The notes below the pieces were generated by a model. It was given only the letters and a program-made list of their open reading frames with translations. It was not told the DNA's origin and made no database searches. The translations under genes were made by a program, and so were the position numbers. A stretch of 64,000 nucleotides of DNA, from the NCBI GenBank assembly GCA_964390145.1, contig CAYMHB010000001.1, forward strand, positions 6,389 to 70,388. Direction: 5' to 3'. Shown here piece after piece: positions 37,672-46,172 of the stretch. Source of the DNA: an uncultured Oscillospiraceae bacterium. GTDB taxonomy: Bacteria; Bacillota; Clostridia; UMGS1883. Positions within the stretch are counted from its first letter, which is position 1; each line of letters begins with the position of its first letter.

Positions 37672-38717
37672 TTTTCTGCCTCCCCGTAAATCTCTGAAAA
37701 TTTGTTTATTATGGCGGCAGCAGTATACTCGTTTTTTACCTTCTGGATATTCCATTCTGACATTTTCGAACGGGTCTCCTTATCCCTTAGGTTATTTATT
37801 GCTTTTTCCATAGCTTTGGTGTTACCGACCTGAACCACCGCTCCGCCTTTGTTTTCAATCATATCAAGATTTGCCCCGACATCCGTTGTAACTGCAGGGA
37901 TTCCTCTTGCCATACTTTCTGCAAGTGCAACGGAAAATCCTTCTGTGTATGTCGGGAAAATGAAAATGTCGCTATTATCAAGATGCCTGATTACTTCATC
38001 GTGAGGGATCATACCTATGAGAGAAATATTATCAGGCTTTTCCCAGTTTTCAATCCCGTCACAAACTTCTCCTGCAAGCTCAAATTCAATTTCGTGGAAC
38101 TTTTTTGCAAGCTCGAATATTTCTTTTGCTCCTTTGAGGAATGAAACTCTTCCAACAAAAAACGCCTTTTTGAGAACTTCATGTATTTCTTTTTTCTCAA
38201 CCAAAAGCGAGCTGTCCACGAAATTGGGGACCTTTATGCTCTCTGCACCATAATTAGCCATGAGATATTTCTTACTGCTTTCACAAAGCACAAGATTTAC
38301 GCTGCTTAATTTCAAGATTTTTTTGAGAAAATACTTTATCACACTGTTTTTCACCCAGAAAGGTATATCACAATGAAAATGAAGTACTATCGGAATTTTC
38401 TTTTCTGCTATTTTCCGGGCAACCATATAGTCCCTGATAATCCCGAAAACCCCTATACTCGTATTAAGATGTGCAACATCAAAAGAATTTTCTTTAAGTT
38501 CTGCCTTTAAGTCTTTCATTATACGGCTTGTTCGCTGCCATTCATCAGAGAGGCTTCTTTTTGCCGATGCATTTTTAAGGCGTTCTCCCGTTGTCACAGT
38601 GTTAACAATATGCACGATTGCATCTTTTCCTTCAAAACCGCTTAAATAATTCTCTGTCCATACAGCGATGCCACCTTTTGATTCAGTTGTCTTTACAGAT
38701 ATAAGTAAAATCTTCAT
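37665..38717 (-). CDS. GT4-family glycosyltransferase
   Basis: [22 protein letters not shown]7E-like region ([28 protein letters not shown]). 350 aa. Confidence 0.8.
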   Translation of the reverse strand: MKILLISVKTTESKGGIAVWTENYLSGFEGKDAIVHIVNTVTTGERLKNASAKRSLSDEWQRTSRIMKDLKAELKENSFDVAHLNTSIGVFGIIRDYMVARKIAEKKIPIVLHFHCDIPFWVKNSVIKYFLKKILKLSSVNLVLCESSKKYLMANYGAESIKVPNFVDSSLLVEKKEIHEVLKKAFFVGRVSFLKGAKEIFELAKKFHEIEFELAGEVCDGIENWEKPDNISLIGMIPHDEVIRHLDNSDIFIFPTYTEGFSVALAESMARGIPAVTTDVGANLDMIENKGGAVVQVGNTKAMEKAINNLRDKETRSKMSEWNIQKVKNEYTAAAIINKFSEIYGEAEKC

Positions 38718-39915
38718 CGCAAGCCTCTTTTAACTCAGCACTCATTAAATCAACAAGCTTTAACACCAAGCGATCCTTGTCGAAAAGTTCATTATATGTA
38801 CAAAGTGCATTCTTTTTATATTCTTCAAGACTGTCAAGACTTAAAATAAAGCTAAGCACTTCTTTTAACTTGTCAACGGTCTGCACAGATACAAATCCAC
38901 AGGAATTATCCCTGACGATTTTCGCACTTTCTCCGCCTGCCGCTGCTAATATCGGAGTTCCGCAGGCGAGGTAAGACTGAAGCTTTGCTGGAATTGTCAA
39001 ATCAAACAGTTTATTATTCTTAAAGGATAAGTACGCACAGGAGGCAAAATGGATATACACATTTGCTTCTTCTTCCGAAACCTTTCCCACAAAGGTAACT
39101 ATATCCTCTATTTTATTTGCTTTGACTTTATTCTGAAGGCTTTCCTTACTGCGACCGTCACCCACGAGGAACCATCTTAGCTTCGTATCCTTCATTTCAA
39201 TTGCAGTATCAACGAGCAAATCAAGCCCCTGAGCATCTCCTATATTTCCTGCAAAAACGATGTTGAAAAACCCGTCTCTGTATATAGAAGGTTTCTGGGC
39301 ATTTTCAAGAGCAGGTCTGCTACAGAACTGAGGCCAGAAAACGAGCTTTTCTTTCGGCACTCCTCTTTGGGTAAGGTTTTCCACAAACCCGTTTGAAGAG
39401 CACAGTATTTTGTCGCTGGCACTGTAAATCTTATCAACTATTTTATTGATTATGCCGATAACTATCTTATTGTGTATTCCAAGCACAACCTCAACATTTT
39501 CAGGCCAGAGGTCCTGAAGATTAAAGAATATCGGGGTGCCGAATTTCTTTTTATATGTAACGGCAGGTAGCCCTACGGTTACGGGCGATACTTCAAAAAC
39601 ATAAACTGCATCAAATTTTTCCTTGCACCTACGCACCCACTTATTTCCCTCAAAGACAAATGTGAGGCAATTGAGAAAAAGTCCTATCGGCGTTTTTCCT
39701 CTCGGACGCATTTTTATACGCTCTATTTTTATACCATTCCACTTTTTCTCATAAGGTTTATTGAATCCGTATCCCTCATAAATCTTTCCCTGAGGATACT
39801 GCGGATAGCCTGTGAGCACAGTTACATCGTGTCCAAGTTTCACAAGCTCGGTACAAAGTGTATTCACTCTGAAAATTTCCGGATAGAAATATTGCGTTAT
39901 AACTAAAATTTTCAT
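38683..39915 (-). CDS. WbuB/CapL-like GT4 glycosyltransferase (L-FucNAc transferase candidate)
   Basis: MKILVITQYFYPEIFRVNTLCTELVKLGHDVTVLTGYPQYPQGKIYEGYG is the characteristic WbuB-type N-terminus. 410 aa. Linked to fnlABC. Confidence 0.7.
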   Translation of the reverse strand: MKILVITQYFYPEIFRVNTLCTELVKLGHDVTVLTGYPQYPQGKIYEGYGFNKPYEKKWNGIKIERIKMRPRGKTPIGLFLNCLTFVFEGNKWVRRCKEKFDAVYVFEVSPVTVGLPAVTYKKKFGTPIFFNLQDLWPENVEVVLGIHNKIVIGIINKIVDKIYSASDKILCSSNGFVENLTQRGVPKEKLVFWPQFCSRPALENAQKPSIYRDGFFNIVFAGNIGDAQGLDLLVDTAIEMKDTKLRWFLVGDGRSKESLQNKVKANKIEDIVTFVGKVSEEEANVYIHFASCAYLSFKNNKLFDLTIPAKLQSYLACGTPILAAAGGESAKIVRDNSCGFVSVQTVDKLKEVLSFILSLDSLEEYKKNALCTYNELFDKDRLVLKLVDLMSAELKEACDEDFTYICKDN

Positions 39916-40769
39916 ATGTTGTTTTCCGTCCTGTCTATTGTTTCATTAAAGTCCAGTAAAGCATAGTCTTTCTCGTACTGACTCATACTTTTATCATAAT
40001 ACAAATCGCCGAAAACCTTGTTTACAACAGATATTCTCTTAAGCATAGTAATAAAAGGATTGAATATCTTTGTCATATATATTTTGCGTCCATATACATT
40101 TGCGATTACACGAACCATTTCACTCGTTTTTACATACTCTTTGTTCTGAGGATAAAAATACCCAGCCTCGTTATTCACAACAACAAGCCTTATAAATTCA
40201 CATAAATTGTCTATGTGAAGCATACTGCGGGTATTGGGATAATCGGGAAATACGGGGATTTTTCTTGCCAACTTCGCAAGGCGCGGATAATTGCCCTTAG
40301 AGCCTTTTCCGTAAATCATAGGCGGTCTTATGCTCGCAACCCTGAAGTCATCAGACTCCAGAGCGTGTATCCCCTCATCAGCCTTAAGCTTACTGTCTCC
40401 GTAAAAATTATCAGGCATGGGAACAGTCTGCGAAGTAATAAGAGTATTCTTACTGCCGAAAACTATGGCACTACTCATAAACACAAACTGTCCTACCCCT
40501 GCTTCCTTTGCCTTTTTTGCAGTTTCTATGGTCAGTTCGGTATTTACCGCATAATATTTTGCCTTTTCATCGTCACTTGCATTACCTGTATCCGAATGGG
40601 CAATTCCTGCAACATGAAAAACACTGTCATATGACGAAAAGTCAAATTCCCTCCACGAAGGATTTGTCATATCAACAGTATCAACACTAAAGTCTGTGTA
40701 CTTTTTTATATAGTCTTCAAATGAGGTGCCTATGTAACTGTTTGCTCCGGTAATGAGAACCTTTTTCAT
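39912..40769 (-). CDS. NAD-dependent epimerase/reductase of the CapN type (285 aa SDR)
   Basis: MKKVLITGANSYIG, catalytic YGDSK, short-form SDR. Coupled by a 4-nt overlap to the initiating phosphoglycosyl transferase, as with capM-capN in S. aureus. Confidence 0.6.
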   Translation of the reverse strand: MKKVLITGANSYIGTSFEDYIKKYTDFSVDTVDMTNPSWREFDFSSYDSVFHVAGIAHSDTGNASDDEKAKYYAVNTELTIETAKKAKEAGVGQFVFMSSAIVFGSKNTLITSQTVPMPDNFYGDSKLKADEGIHALESDDFRVASIRPPMIYGKGSKGNYPRLAKLARKIPVFPDYPNTRSMLHIDNLCEFIRLVVVNNEAGYFYPQNKEYVKTSEMVRVIANVYGRKIYMTKIFNPFITMLKRISVVNKVFGDLYYDKSMSQYEKDYALLDFNETIDRTENNI

Positions 40770-41389
40770 TTTACTTTTACCTCTTTCTTTTCCTCAGAGA
40801 TCGCACCTGTTCCGCCTTCTACAACTCCGTCACGCCTGAGCACATAGAACACAGAACCTACAAACATCTTTACATCAAACCAGAACGACATCTTCTGAAC
40901 ATACTCACCGTCAAGTCTTGCTTTTACATCGATTTCAAGTTCGTCCCTTCCGCTTATCTGTGCAAGACCTGTCAGTCCGGGTTTCACATCGTTTGCCCCG
41001 TACTTGTCACGTTCCGCTATAAGGTCGTCCTGATTCCAGAGTGCAGGTCGGGGGCCTATAATCGTCATACTGCCGAAGAATATATTGAAAAGCTGAGGCA
41101 GTTCATCGATTGAAGTTTTACGCATGAATTTCTGCCATTTACTGAGCATATCCTCCGCCTTAAACTGATGAGTCGGCATATCTTTGGGAACATCTACAGG
41201 CATAGACCGAAATTTCAAAATATTGAAATGTTTTTTATGTATACCAACTCTTTTCTGCTTGAAAAGTATCGGTCCGGGTGAATCTGTCTTAATAATTACT
41301 GCAACTATCAGCATCGGTATCAGAAGCACTATAATTCCAATAGAAGACAGGATTATATCAATCGTTCTCTTGAAAAAACGTGAATACAT
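40766..41389 (-). CDS. Small monotopic phosphoglycosyl transferase (bacterial sugar transferase family; PglC/CapM/WcfS type), initiating enzyme
   Basis: N-terminal re-entrant helix (IDIILSSIGIIVLLIPMLIVAVIIK), PGPILFKQKRVG, SIDELPQLFNIFFGSMTIIGPRP. 207 aa. Confidence 0.85.
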   Translation of the reverse strand: MYSRFFKRTIDIILSSIGIIVLLIPMLIVAVIIKTDSPGPILFKQKRVGIHKKHFNILKFRSMPVDVPKDMPTHQFKAEDMLSKWQKFMRKTSIDELPQLFNIFFGSMTIIGPRPALWNQDDLIAERDKYGANDVKPGLTGLAQISGRDELEIDVKARLDGEYVQKMSFWFDVKMFVGSVFYVLRRDGVVEGGTGAISEEKKEVKVK

Positions 41390-41435
41390 ATTCTACTCCC
41401 CATTCTCGAACAATTTATGTATCTCCAATATATAA

Positions 41436-41835
41436 TTATGAGGCAAGGTCAATGTGGATTATTGCCTTAGTCCTGTCGGTAATAAGGTCACTGAGCGCGT
41501 CATAATCCATCTCGAAAGAGTCCTTTTTTGTGTCGCAAAGAACAAGTTTTGCACCAACGTGCACCGCAGCACTTGCCGATGCGGTATATGTATATGCCGA
41601 GGTAACAACCTCATCGCCCTCCCCTATTCCCAAAAGGCGTAAAGTAAGTTCCATCGCAGCAGTTGCCGAGTTAAGACAAACTGCCATATCCGTACCGCAG
41701 TAAGTCGCGATGTCTTTTTCAAACTGTTTCGTTTTCGGGCCCGTTGTAATCCATCCGCTGCGAAGAACTTCTGCAACAGCATCTATTTCAGCTTCTGTAA
41801 TATCGGGGGGACGAAAAAGGAACTTTTACTGACAT
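41436..41835 (-). pseudogene. Frameshifted and 3'-truncated DegT/EpsN/PglE-type sugar aminotransferase remnant
   Basis: ATG 41835 (AGAGG RBS upstream) reads MSVKVPFSSP, then hits a stop. Removing one C from the C6 run (G6 on the plus strand, 41805-41810) restores [55 protein letters not shown]... That frame ends at 41436 after about 130 residues (...KAIIHIDLAS*), before the PLP-lysine region of a roughly 380-aa enzyme. Confidence 0.8.
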
Positions 41836-41888
41836 TTTTATTGCCTCTTTTCAATAAGTTTTGGGCATACTTACACCCATACTATTTT

Positions 41889-41917
41889 ATTTTATCATAA
41901 TATAAGTAGACAGTCAA
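41889..41917 (-). promoter_or_regulatory. Putative sigma-A promoter heading the polysaccharide locus
   Basis: On the minus strand: TTGACT (41917-41912), a 17-nt spacer, then TAAAAT (41894-41889), about 55 nt upstream of ATG 41835. Confidence 0.45.
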
Positions 41918-42280
41918 CACAAATTGCATAAAAAATTACGAAAAAAGCTTGTGTTTATGGCACTTTTGCACAATTTTTACACTTTCCCCCTTTTTTCGCC
42001 CGAAGCAGTCAAAAAGGGTATTTTCCTGACATCTCCTCACCCCTTTTTTACCATTATTGTTTTGAAAAAATTTTGGATGAATGCACAAAATTTTTATAAA
42101 AATTTAGTATGGTTTTACATCTTCTTCCACCGTGAAAATTTGGGTATTTGTTCCTTATTTCGTTCCTCGAATATCTTTTGCAAATAAGCCTTTACTTATC
42201 AGCCAAAATGTGATAATATATATGAAGGTATGTACAAATATTAAATAGGGATATTTTTCCAAGTCAAAAAGAGGTATACT

Positions 42281-43285
42281 ATGATTAACGACAAAAAGGT
42301 TATTTTCTCAGGAATTCAGCCCTCCAGCGATTCTATCACTCTCGGCAACTATCTGGGAGCGCTTAAAAACTGGGTTTCACTGCAGGATGAATACAGCTGT
42401 ATTTTCAGCGTTGTTGATATGCACGCAATAACTGTAAGACAGGAGGCGGCACAGCTTCGTAAAAACACGCTTTCGCTCCTTGCGCAGTATATCGCCTGCG
42501 GACTTGATGCAGAAAAAAACATTATGTTTATCCAGAGCCATGTTCCTGCACACGCAGAACTCAGCTGGATACTTAACTGCTTTACGCAGATGGGCGAACT
42601 TAACCGTATGACACAGTTTAAAGATAAGTCGCAAAAGCACCCCGAAAACATCAATGCAGGTCTTTACACTTATCCCGTTCTGATGGCGGCAGACATTCTT
42701 CTCTATCAGACAGACCTCGTTCCCGTTGGTGCAGACCAGAAACAGCATCTTGAACTTGCGCGTGATATCGCACATCGCTTCAACACGCTTTACAGCGATA
42801 CTTTCGTAATTCCTGACGCATATATCCCTGCAAAAAATGCAGGCGCGAAGATTATGAGTTTGCAGACTCCTACTGCGAAGATGTCAAAAAGCGACCCCAA
42901 TCCCAACGGTTGCATTTTCCTTCTTGATAAGCCTGAGGATATTATGAGAAAGCTAAAGCGCGCCGTGACTGATTCCGAGGCGGAGGTTTGTTACCGCGAA
43001 GGTAAGGATGGCGTGAATAACCTTCTTACTATCTACTCTACTGTTGCAGGCAAGAGCATCGATGAAGCAGTGGCGGAATTTTTCGGCAAAGGCTACGGTG
43101 ATTTCAAGGTCGCAGTCGGCGAAGCGATTGTAGAGCATCTTCGCCCGATTCAGGCAAAATATGACGAGCTTATGAAAAACAAGGACTACCTTGAAAGTGT
43201 ATATAAGAGCGGTGCGGAAAAGGCAAATGCTATTGCCCGTCGCACCATCACCAAGACAAAGAAGAAAGTCGGTTTTATTATCTAA
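42281..43285 (+). CDS. trpS: Tryptophan--tRNA ligase
   Basis: Class I motifs SGIQPSSDSITLGNYLG (HIGH-like) and KMSKSD. 334 aa. AAGAGG RBS. Confidence 0.9.
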   Translation: MINDKKVIFSGIQPSSDSITLGNYLGALKNWVSLQDEYSCIFSVVDMHAITVRQEAAQLRKNTLSLLAQYIACGLDAEKNIMFIQSHVPAHAELSWILNCFTQMGELNRMTQFKDKSQKHPENINAGLYTYPVLMAADILLYQTDLVPVGADQKQHLELARDIAHRFNTLYSDTFVIPDAYIPAKNAGAKIMSLQTPTAKMSKSDPNPNGCIFLLDKPEDIMRKLKRAVTDSEAEVCYREGKDGVNNLLTIYSTVAGKSIDEAVAEFFGKGYGDFKVAVGEAIVEHLRPIQAKYDELMKNKDYLESVYKSGAEKANAIARRTITKTKKKVGFII

Positions 43286-43308
43286 GTTGTCCCAAGGAGT
43301 AAACCATT

Positions 43309-44358
43309 ATGAGAAACGATATTCTGATTACATTTATATTGGCGTTTGTAATTACATTTGCCACCACGCCATTTGTCAAAAAGCTGGCATTCAAAATCGG
43401 TGCCGTTGATGTTCCCAAGGATAACCGCCGCATGCACAAAAAGCCGACGGCAAGACTTGGCGGGCTTGCAATATTTTTCGGTTTTATTATAAGCGTACTT
43501 CTTTTCGCGAAGGCGGACAAGGAACTCTGGGGACTTGCCATAGGTTGCTGTATTATAGTAATTCTCGGAATATTTGACGACATATATGCGCTCAGTGCAA
43601 AGCTCAAACTTCTTGTCCAGATTATTGCGACATTGTGCCCCGTTCTTGCAGGAGTGCGAATCGACTTTATAAGAGTGCCGTCATTCATTGTCGAATATGG
43701 CTATATCGGTCTTGGTTGGTTTGCAATTCCCGTTACTCTTATCTGGATTATAGCAATCACAAATGCAACGAACCTTCTTGACGGGCTTGACGGACTTGCC
43801 TGCGGTGTTTCCTCGATTTCAGCACTCACGCTCCTTTGTATAGCGATTATCGTTGGCGAGAGCGAGGTTGCTTTCATAACAAGCGCACTTGCAGGCGCAT
43901 GTTTCGGATTCTTGCCCTATAATTTCAACCCGGCAAAGCTCTTTATGGGCGACACGGGCTCGATGTTTTTAGGGTTTGTCCTGGGTACAGTTTCCGTACA
44001 GGGACTTTTTAAGGGTTACGCGGTAATTTCCCTTGCCGCACCGATTCTTGTTTTGGGACTTCCGATTTTCGATACTATTTCGGCAATTTTGAGACGTCTT
44101 AAAAATCATCAGCCTATTATGTCCCCTGACAGGGGTCACCTTCATCACAAATTGATTGATGCCGGTTTCTCACAAAAGAGAGCCGTTACAACAATATATG
44201 CTTTATGCCTTATCCTTTGTATCGTTGCGGTAGCTCTTATAGCTACAGGCGCCGTTTCTTTGTGGGTATTGGCATTAGTTCTTTTAGGTTTTGTATTATT
44301 CCTGTGGCTCACCCCCAGAATAATAGACACACTCACCGACAAAGAAGAGCATAAATAA
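43309..44358 (+). CDS. tagO: MraY-family undecaprenyl-phosphate GlcNAc-1-phosphate transferase (TagO/WecA-like)
   Basis: Polytopic membrane protein. NATNLLDGLDGLA, FMGDTGSMFLGF, HLHHKL. 349 aa. Confidence 0.8.
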   Translation: MRNDILITFILAFVITFATTPFVKKLAFKIGAVDVPKDNRRMHKKPTARLGGLAIFFGFIISVLLFAKADKELWGLAIGCCIIVILGIFDDIYALSAKLKLLVQIIATLCPVLAGVRIDFIRVPSFIVEYGYIGLGWFAIPVTLIWIIAITNATNLLDGLDGLACGVSSISALTLLCIAIIVGESEVAFITSALAGACFGFLPYNFNPAKLFMGDTGSMFLGFVLGTVSVQGLFKGYAVISLAAPILVLGLPIFDTISAILRRLKNHQPIMSPDRGHLHHKLIDAGFSQKRAVTTIYALCLILCIVAVALIATGAVSLWVLALVLLGFVLFLWLTPRIIDTLTDKEEHK

Positions 44359-44401
44359 AATCGGGGAAACTTAAACCCCAACTAAATCCTAGGAGGAAAT
44401 T

Positions 44402-45541
44402 ATGATTAAAGTATTTACAGTTTTCGGCACAAGACCTGAGGCAATTAAAATGGCTCCGCTTATTTACGAACTTAAGTCAAGACCTTCTATTGACTGCAAG
44501 GTTTGTGTTACCGCACAGCATCGCGAAATGCTTGATATGGTACTTAATCTTTTCGATATTAAGCCTGATTTTGACCTTAATATCATGACCGAGCGTCAGA
44601 CTCTTGCAGGCATTACTACAAAGGCTCTTACAGGACTTGAAGAAGTTTTCCGTCAGGAAAAGCCTGACCTTGTGCTTGTTCATGGTGATACTTCAACGAC
44701 ATTCGCAGGTTCTCTTGCGGCTTATTACAATCAGGTTAAGGTTGGCCATGTTGAGGCAGGTCTTCGTACTTACGACAAATATTTCCCCTTCCCTGAGGAA
44801 ATAAACCGCCGTCTTACAGGCGTTTTGTCTGATCTTCACTTCTCTCCCACAATAAACAACAGGGCAAATCTTATAAACGAAGGCGTTAACCCCGAAAGTA
44901 TTTTCGTAACGGGCAATACTGTTATTGACGCGTTCAAAACTACAATCAAGAAAGAATTTTCTTTCGCGGGAACTCCTCTCGAAGGAATAGATATGGACAA
45001 GCGTATAATCCTCATGACCGCACACCGCAGAGAGAACCTTGGCGCTCCGCTTGAAAACATCTGCCGTGCTGTGGCAAGGCTTGTTCGCGATTTCCCTGAT
45101 ATAGAAGTTATTTACCCCGTTCATCTCAATCCTGCAGTGCGCGAGACTGCAAATGCCATTCTCGGCAATATTCCGCGTGTTCATCTTGTAGAGCCTCTCG
45201 ATGTCGATGTTCTTCATAATGCGATGAACAAGGCGCATCTTATACTTACAGATTCAGGCGGACTTCAGGAGGAGGCTCCCGCACTTGGAAAGCCTGTACT
45301 CGTACTTCGCGGCGAAACTGAAAGACCCGAGGCGGCAGAAGCAGGTACGGTTAAGATTGCAGGTACTGAAGAGGATATTATTTACTCTCTTGCTTCTCAG
45401 CTTCTTATCGACGACGCTGAGTATCACAAGATGAGTGTTGCCGTTAACCCCTATGGCGACGGAAACGCATCAAGAAGAATCGTTGACGCGATTTTATATC
45501 ATTTCGGCGTTACAAGCTGTCGTCCTGTTGAGTGGTTATAA
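44402..45541 (+). CDS. mnaA: UDP-N-acetylglucosamine 2-epimerase (non-hydrolysing; MnaA/WecB)
   Basis: IKVFTVFGTRPEAIKMAPL, HGDTSTTFAG, HVEAGLRT, TDSGGLQEEAPALGKPVLVLR. 379 aa. Confidence 0.85.
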   Translation: MIKVFTVFGTRPEAIKMAPLIYELKSRPSIDCKVCVTAQHREMLDMVLNLFDIKPDFDLNIMTERQTLAGITTKALTGLEEVFRQEKPDLVLVHGDTSTTFAGSLAAYYNQVKVGHVEAGLRTYDKYFPFPEEINRRLTGVLSDLHFSPTINNRANLINEGVNPESIFVTGNTVIDAFKTTIKKEFSFAGTPLEGIDMDKRIILMTAHRRENLGAPLENICRAVARLVRDFPDIEVIYPVHLNPAVRETANAILGNIPRVHLVEPLDVDVLHNAMNKAHLILTDSGGLQEEAPALGKPVLVLRGETERPEAAEAGTVKIAGTEEDIIYSLASQLLIDDAEYHKMSVAVNPYGDGNASRRIVDAILYHFGVTSCRPVEWL

Positions 45542-45544
45542 ATT

Positions 45545-45784
45545 ATGGATAAAGATACCCGCAAAGAGATTTTTGAAGCGCTTAGCGCTATAACAGGGCT
45601 TGGGCTCAGTGTCATGATATCGTTTCTTCTATGGGTGGGAATTGCAATGTGGTTGCAAAACAAATATTCCCTTGGAGATTATGTCATGGTTATAGGCGTT
45701 CTTCTGGGAATAGGCAGCGGCTCTGTGACATTTATGAAATTCTGCACCAGAGAGACAAGAAAGGGAAACAAAGATGAGAAATGA
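45545..45784 (+). CDS. atpZ: AtpZ/AtpI-family small membrane protein
   Basis: 79 aa with two TM helices, directly upstream of and overlapping atpI at the head of the atp operon. Confidence 0.6.
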   Translation: MDKDTRKEIFEALSAITGLGLSVMISFLLWVGIAMWLQNKYSLGDYVMVIGVLLGIGSGSVTFMKFCTRETRKGNKDEK

Positions 45785-46172
45785 TTCCGTATATAAAGAT
45801 GCGGCGAAAGTGTGTGCTTTAACATTTTTACTTGGTATTATTGAATTTTTTGTATTTTATGCATTTTTATCGTTCCGCAAAGATATTCTAATAGGAGTAG
45901 TGTATGGATGTGCATTCGTCTGCGCTAACTTTTTCTATCTGGCATACTCCGTCAAAAAGAGCCTTTCCAAGGACGCTGCGGGGGCACAAATACAAATGTC
46001 ACTAAGTTACAACGCCCGTCTTGTGCTGTCTGCAATTATGATAATTATTGCGGCATCCACAGACACTATACATTTCTGGGCAGCTGTTATTCCGTTTGTT
46101 TTCCAGCGAATAGCAATTTACATCGTAAGTTTTACAAAACCGCGTAAAAAAGAAGGAAGTGAAAACTCTTGA
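45774..46172 (+). CDS. atpI: ATP synthase protein I
   Basis: 132 aa, four TM segments. 4-nt overlap with atpB. Confidence 0.6.
   Translation: MRNDSVYKDAAKVCALTFLLGIIEFFVFYAFLSFRKDILIGVVYGCAFVCANFFYLAYSVKKSLSKDAAGAQIQMSLSYNARLVLSAIMIIIAASTDTIHFWAAVIPFVFQRIAIYIVSFTKPRKKEGSENS

Noticed and set aside
37672-37755. N-terminal extensions in track ORFs: 37755 for the LbH acetyltransferase, 29976 for the TupA-like gene, 31204 for wzy, 46930 for atpE, 7545 for the SLH protein, 4551 for ispG, 35916 for fnlA and 57866 for the LRR protein.
   Set aside because: Internal ATG codons with proper Shine-Dalgarno spacing, family-typical N-termini or paralog comparison fit better. The extensions start at non-ATG codons or overlap the RBS.
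41805-41810. The G6 homopolymer as a phase-variation (slipped-strand) switch for the glycan locus.
   Set aside because: Restoring the frame still yields a protein truncated before the PLP-lysine region, so ON/OFF switching of this ORF would have no obvious enzymatic consequence. Six nucleotides is also short for efficient slippage. I kept it only as evidence of pseudogenisation.
41924-42187. An 87-aa ORF, the only track ORF in the trpS upstream spacer.
   Set aside because: It has a TTG start with no RBS. The Phe/Leu/Lys-rich product simply reflects T-rich DNA. It is most likely non-coding leader or promoter DNA.
42178-42220. Sigma-A promoter for trpS (TGTGATAAT extended -10-like element near 42209-42217).
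   Set aside because: No acceptable -35 lies at 16-18 nt. It is plausible but too weak to list as a feature without transcription-start-site data.
41940-42280. Possible T-box riboswitch upstream of trpS.
   Set aside because: I scanned both strands by eye for GGTGGTACCGCG-like T-box sequence, AGAGA/GA-motif and a UGG specifier context and found none. A covariance-model scan would be decisive.
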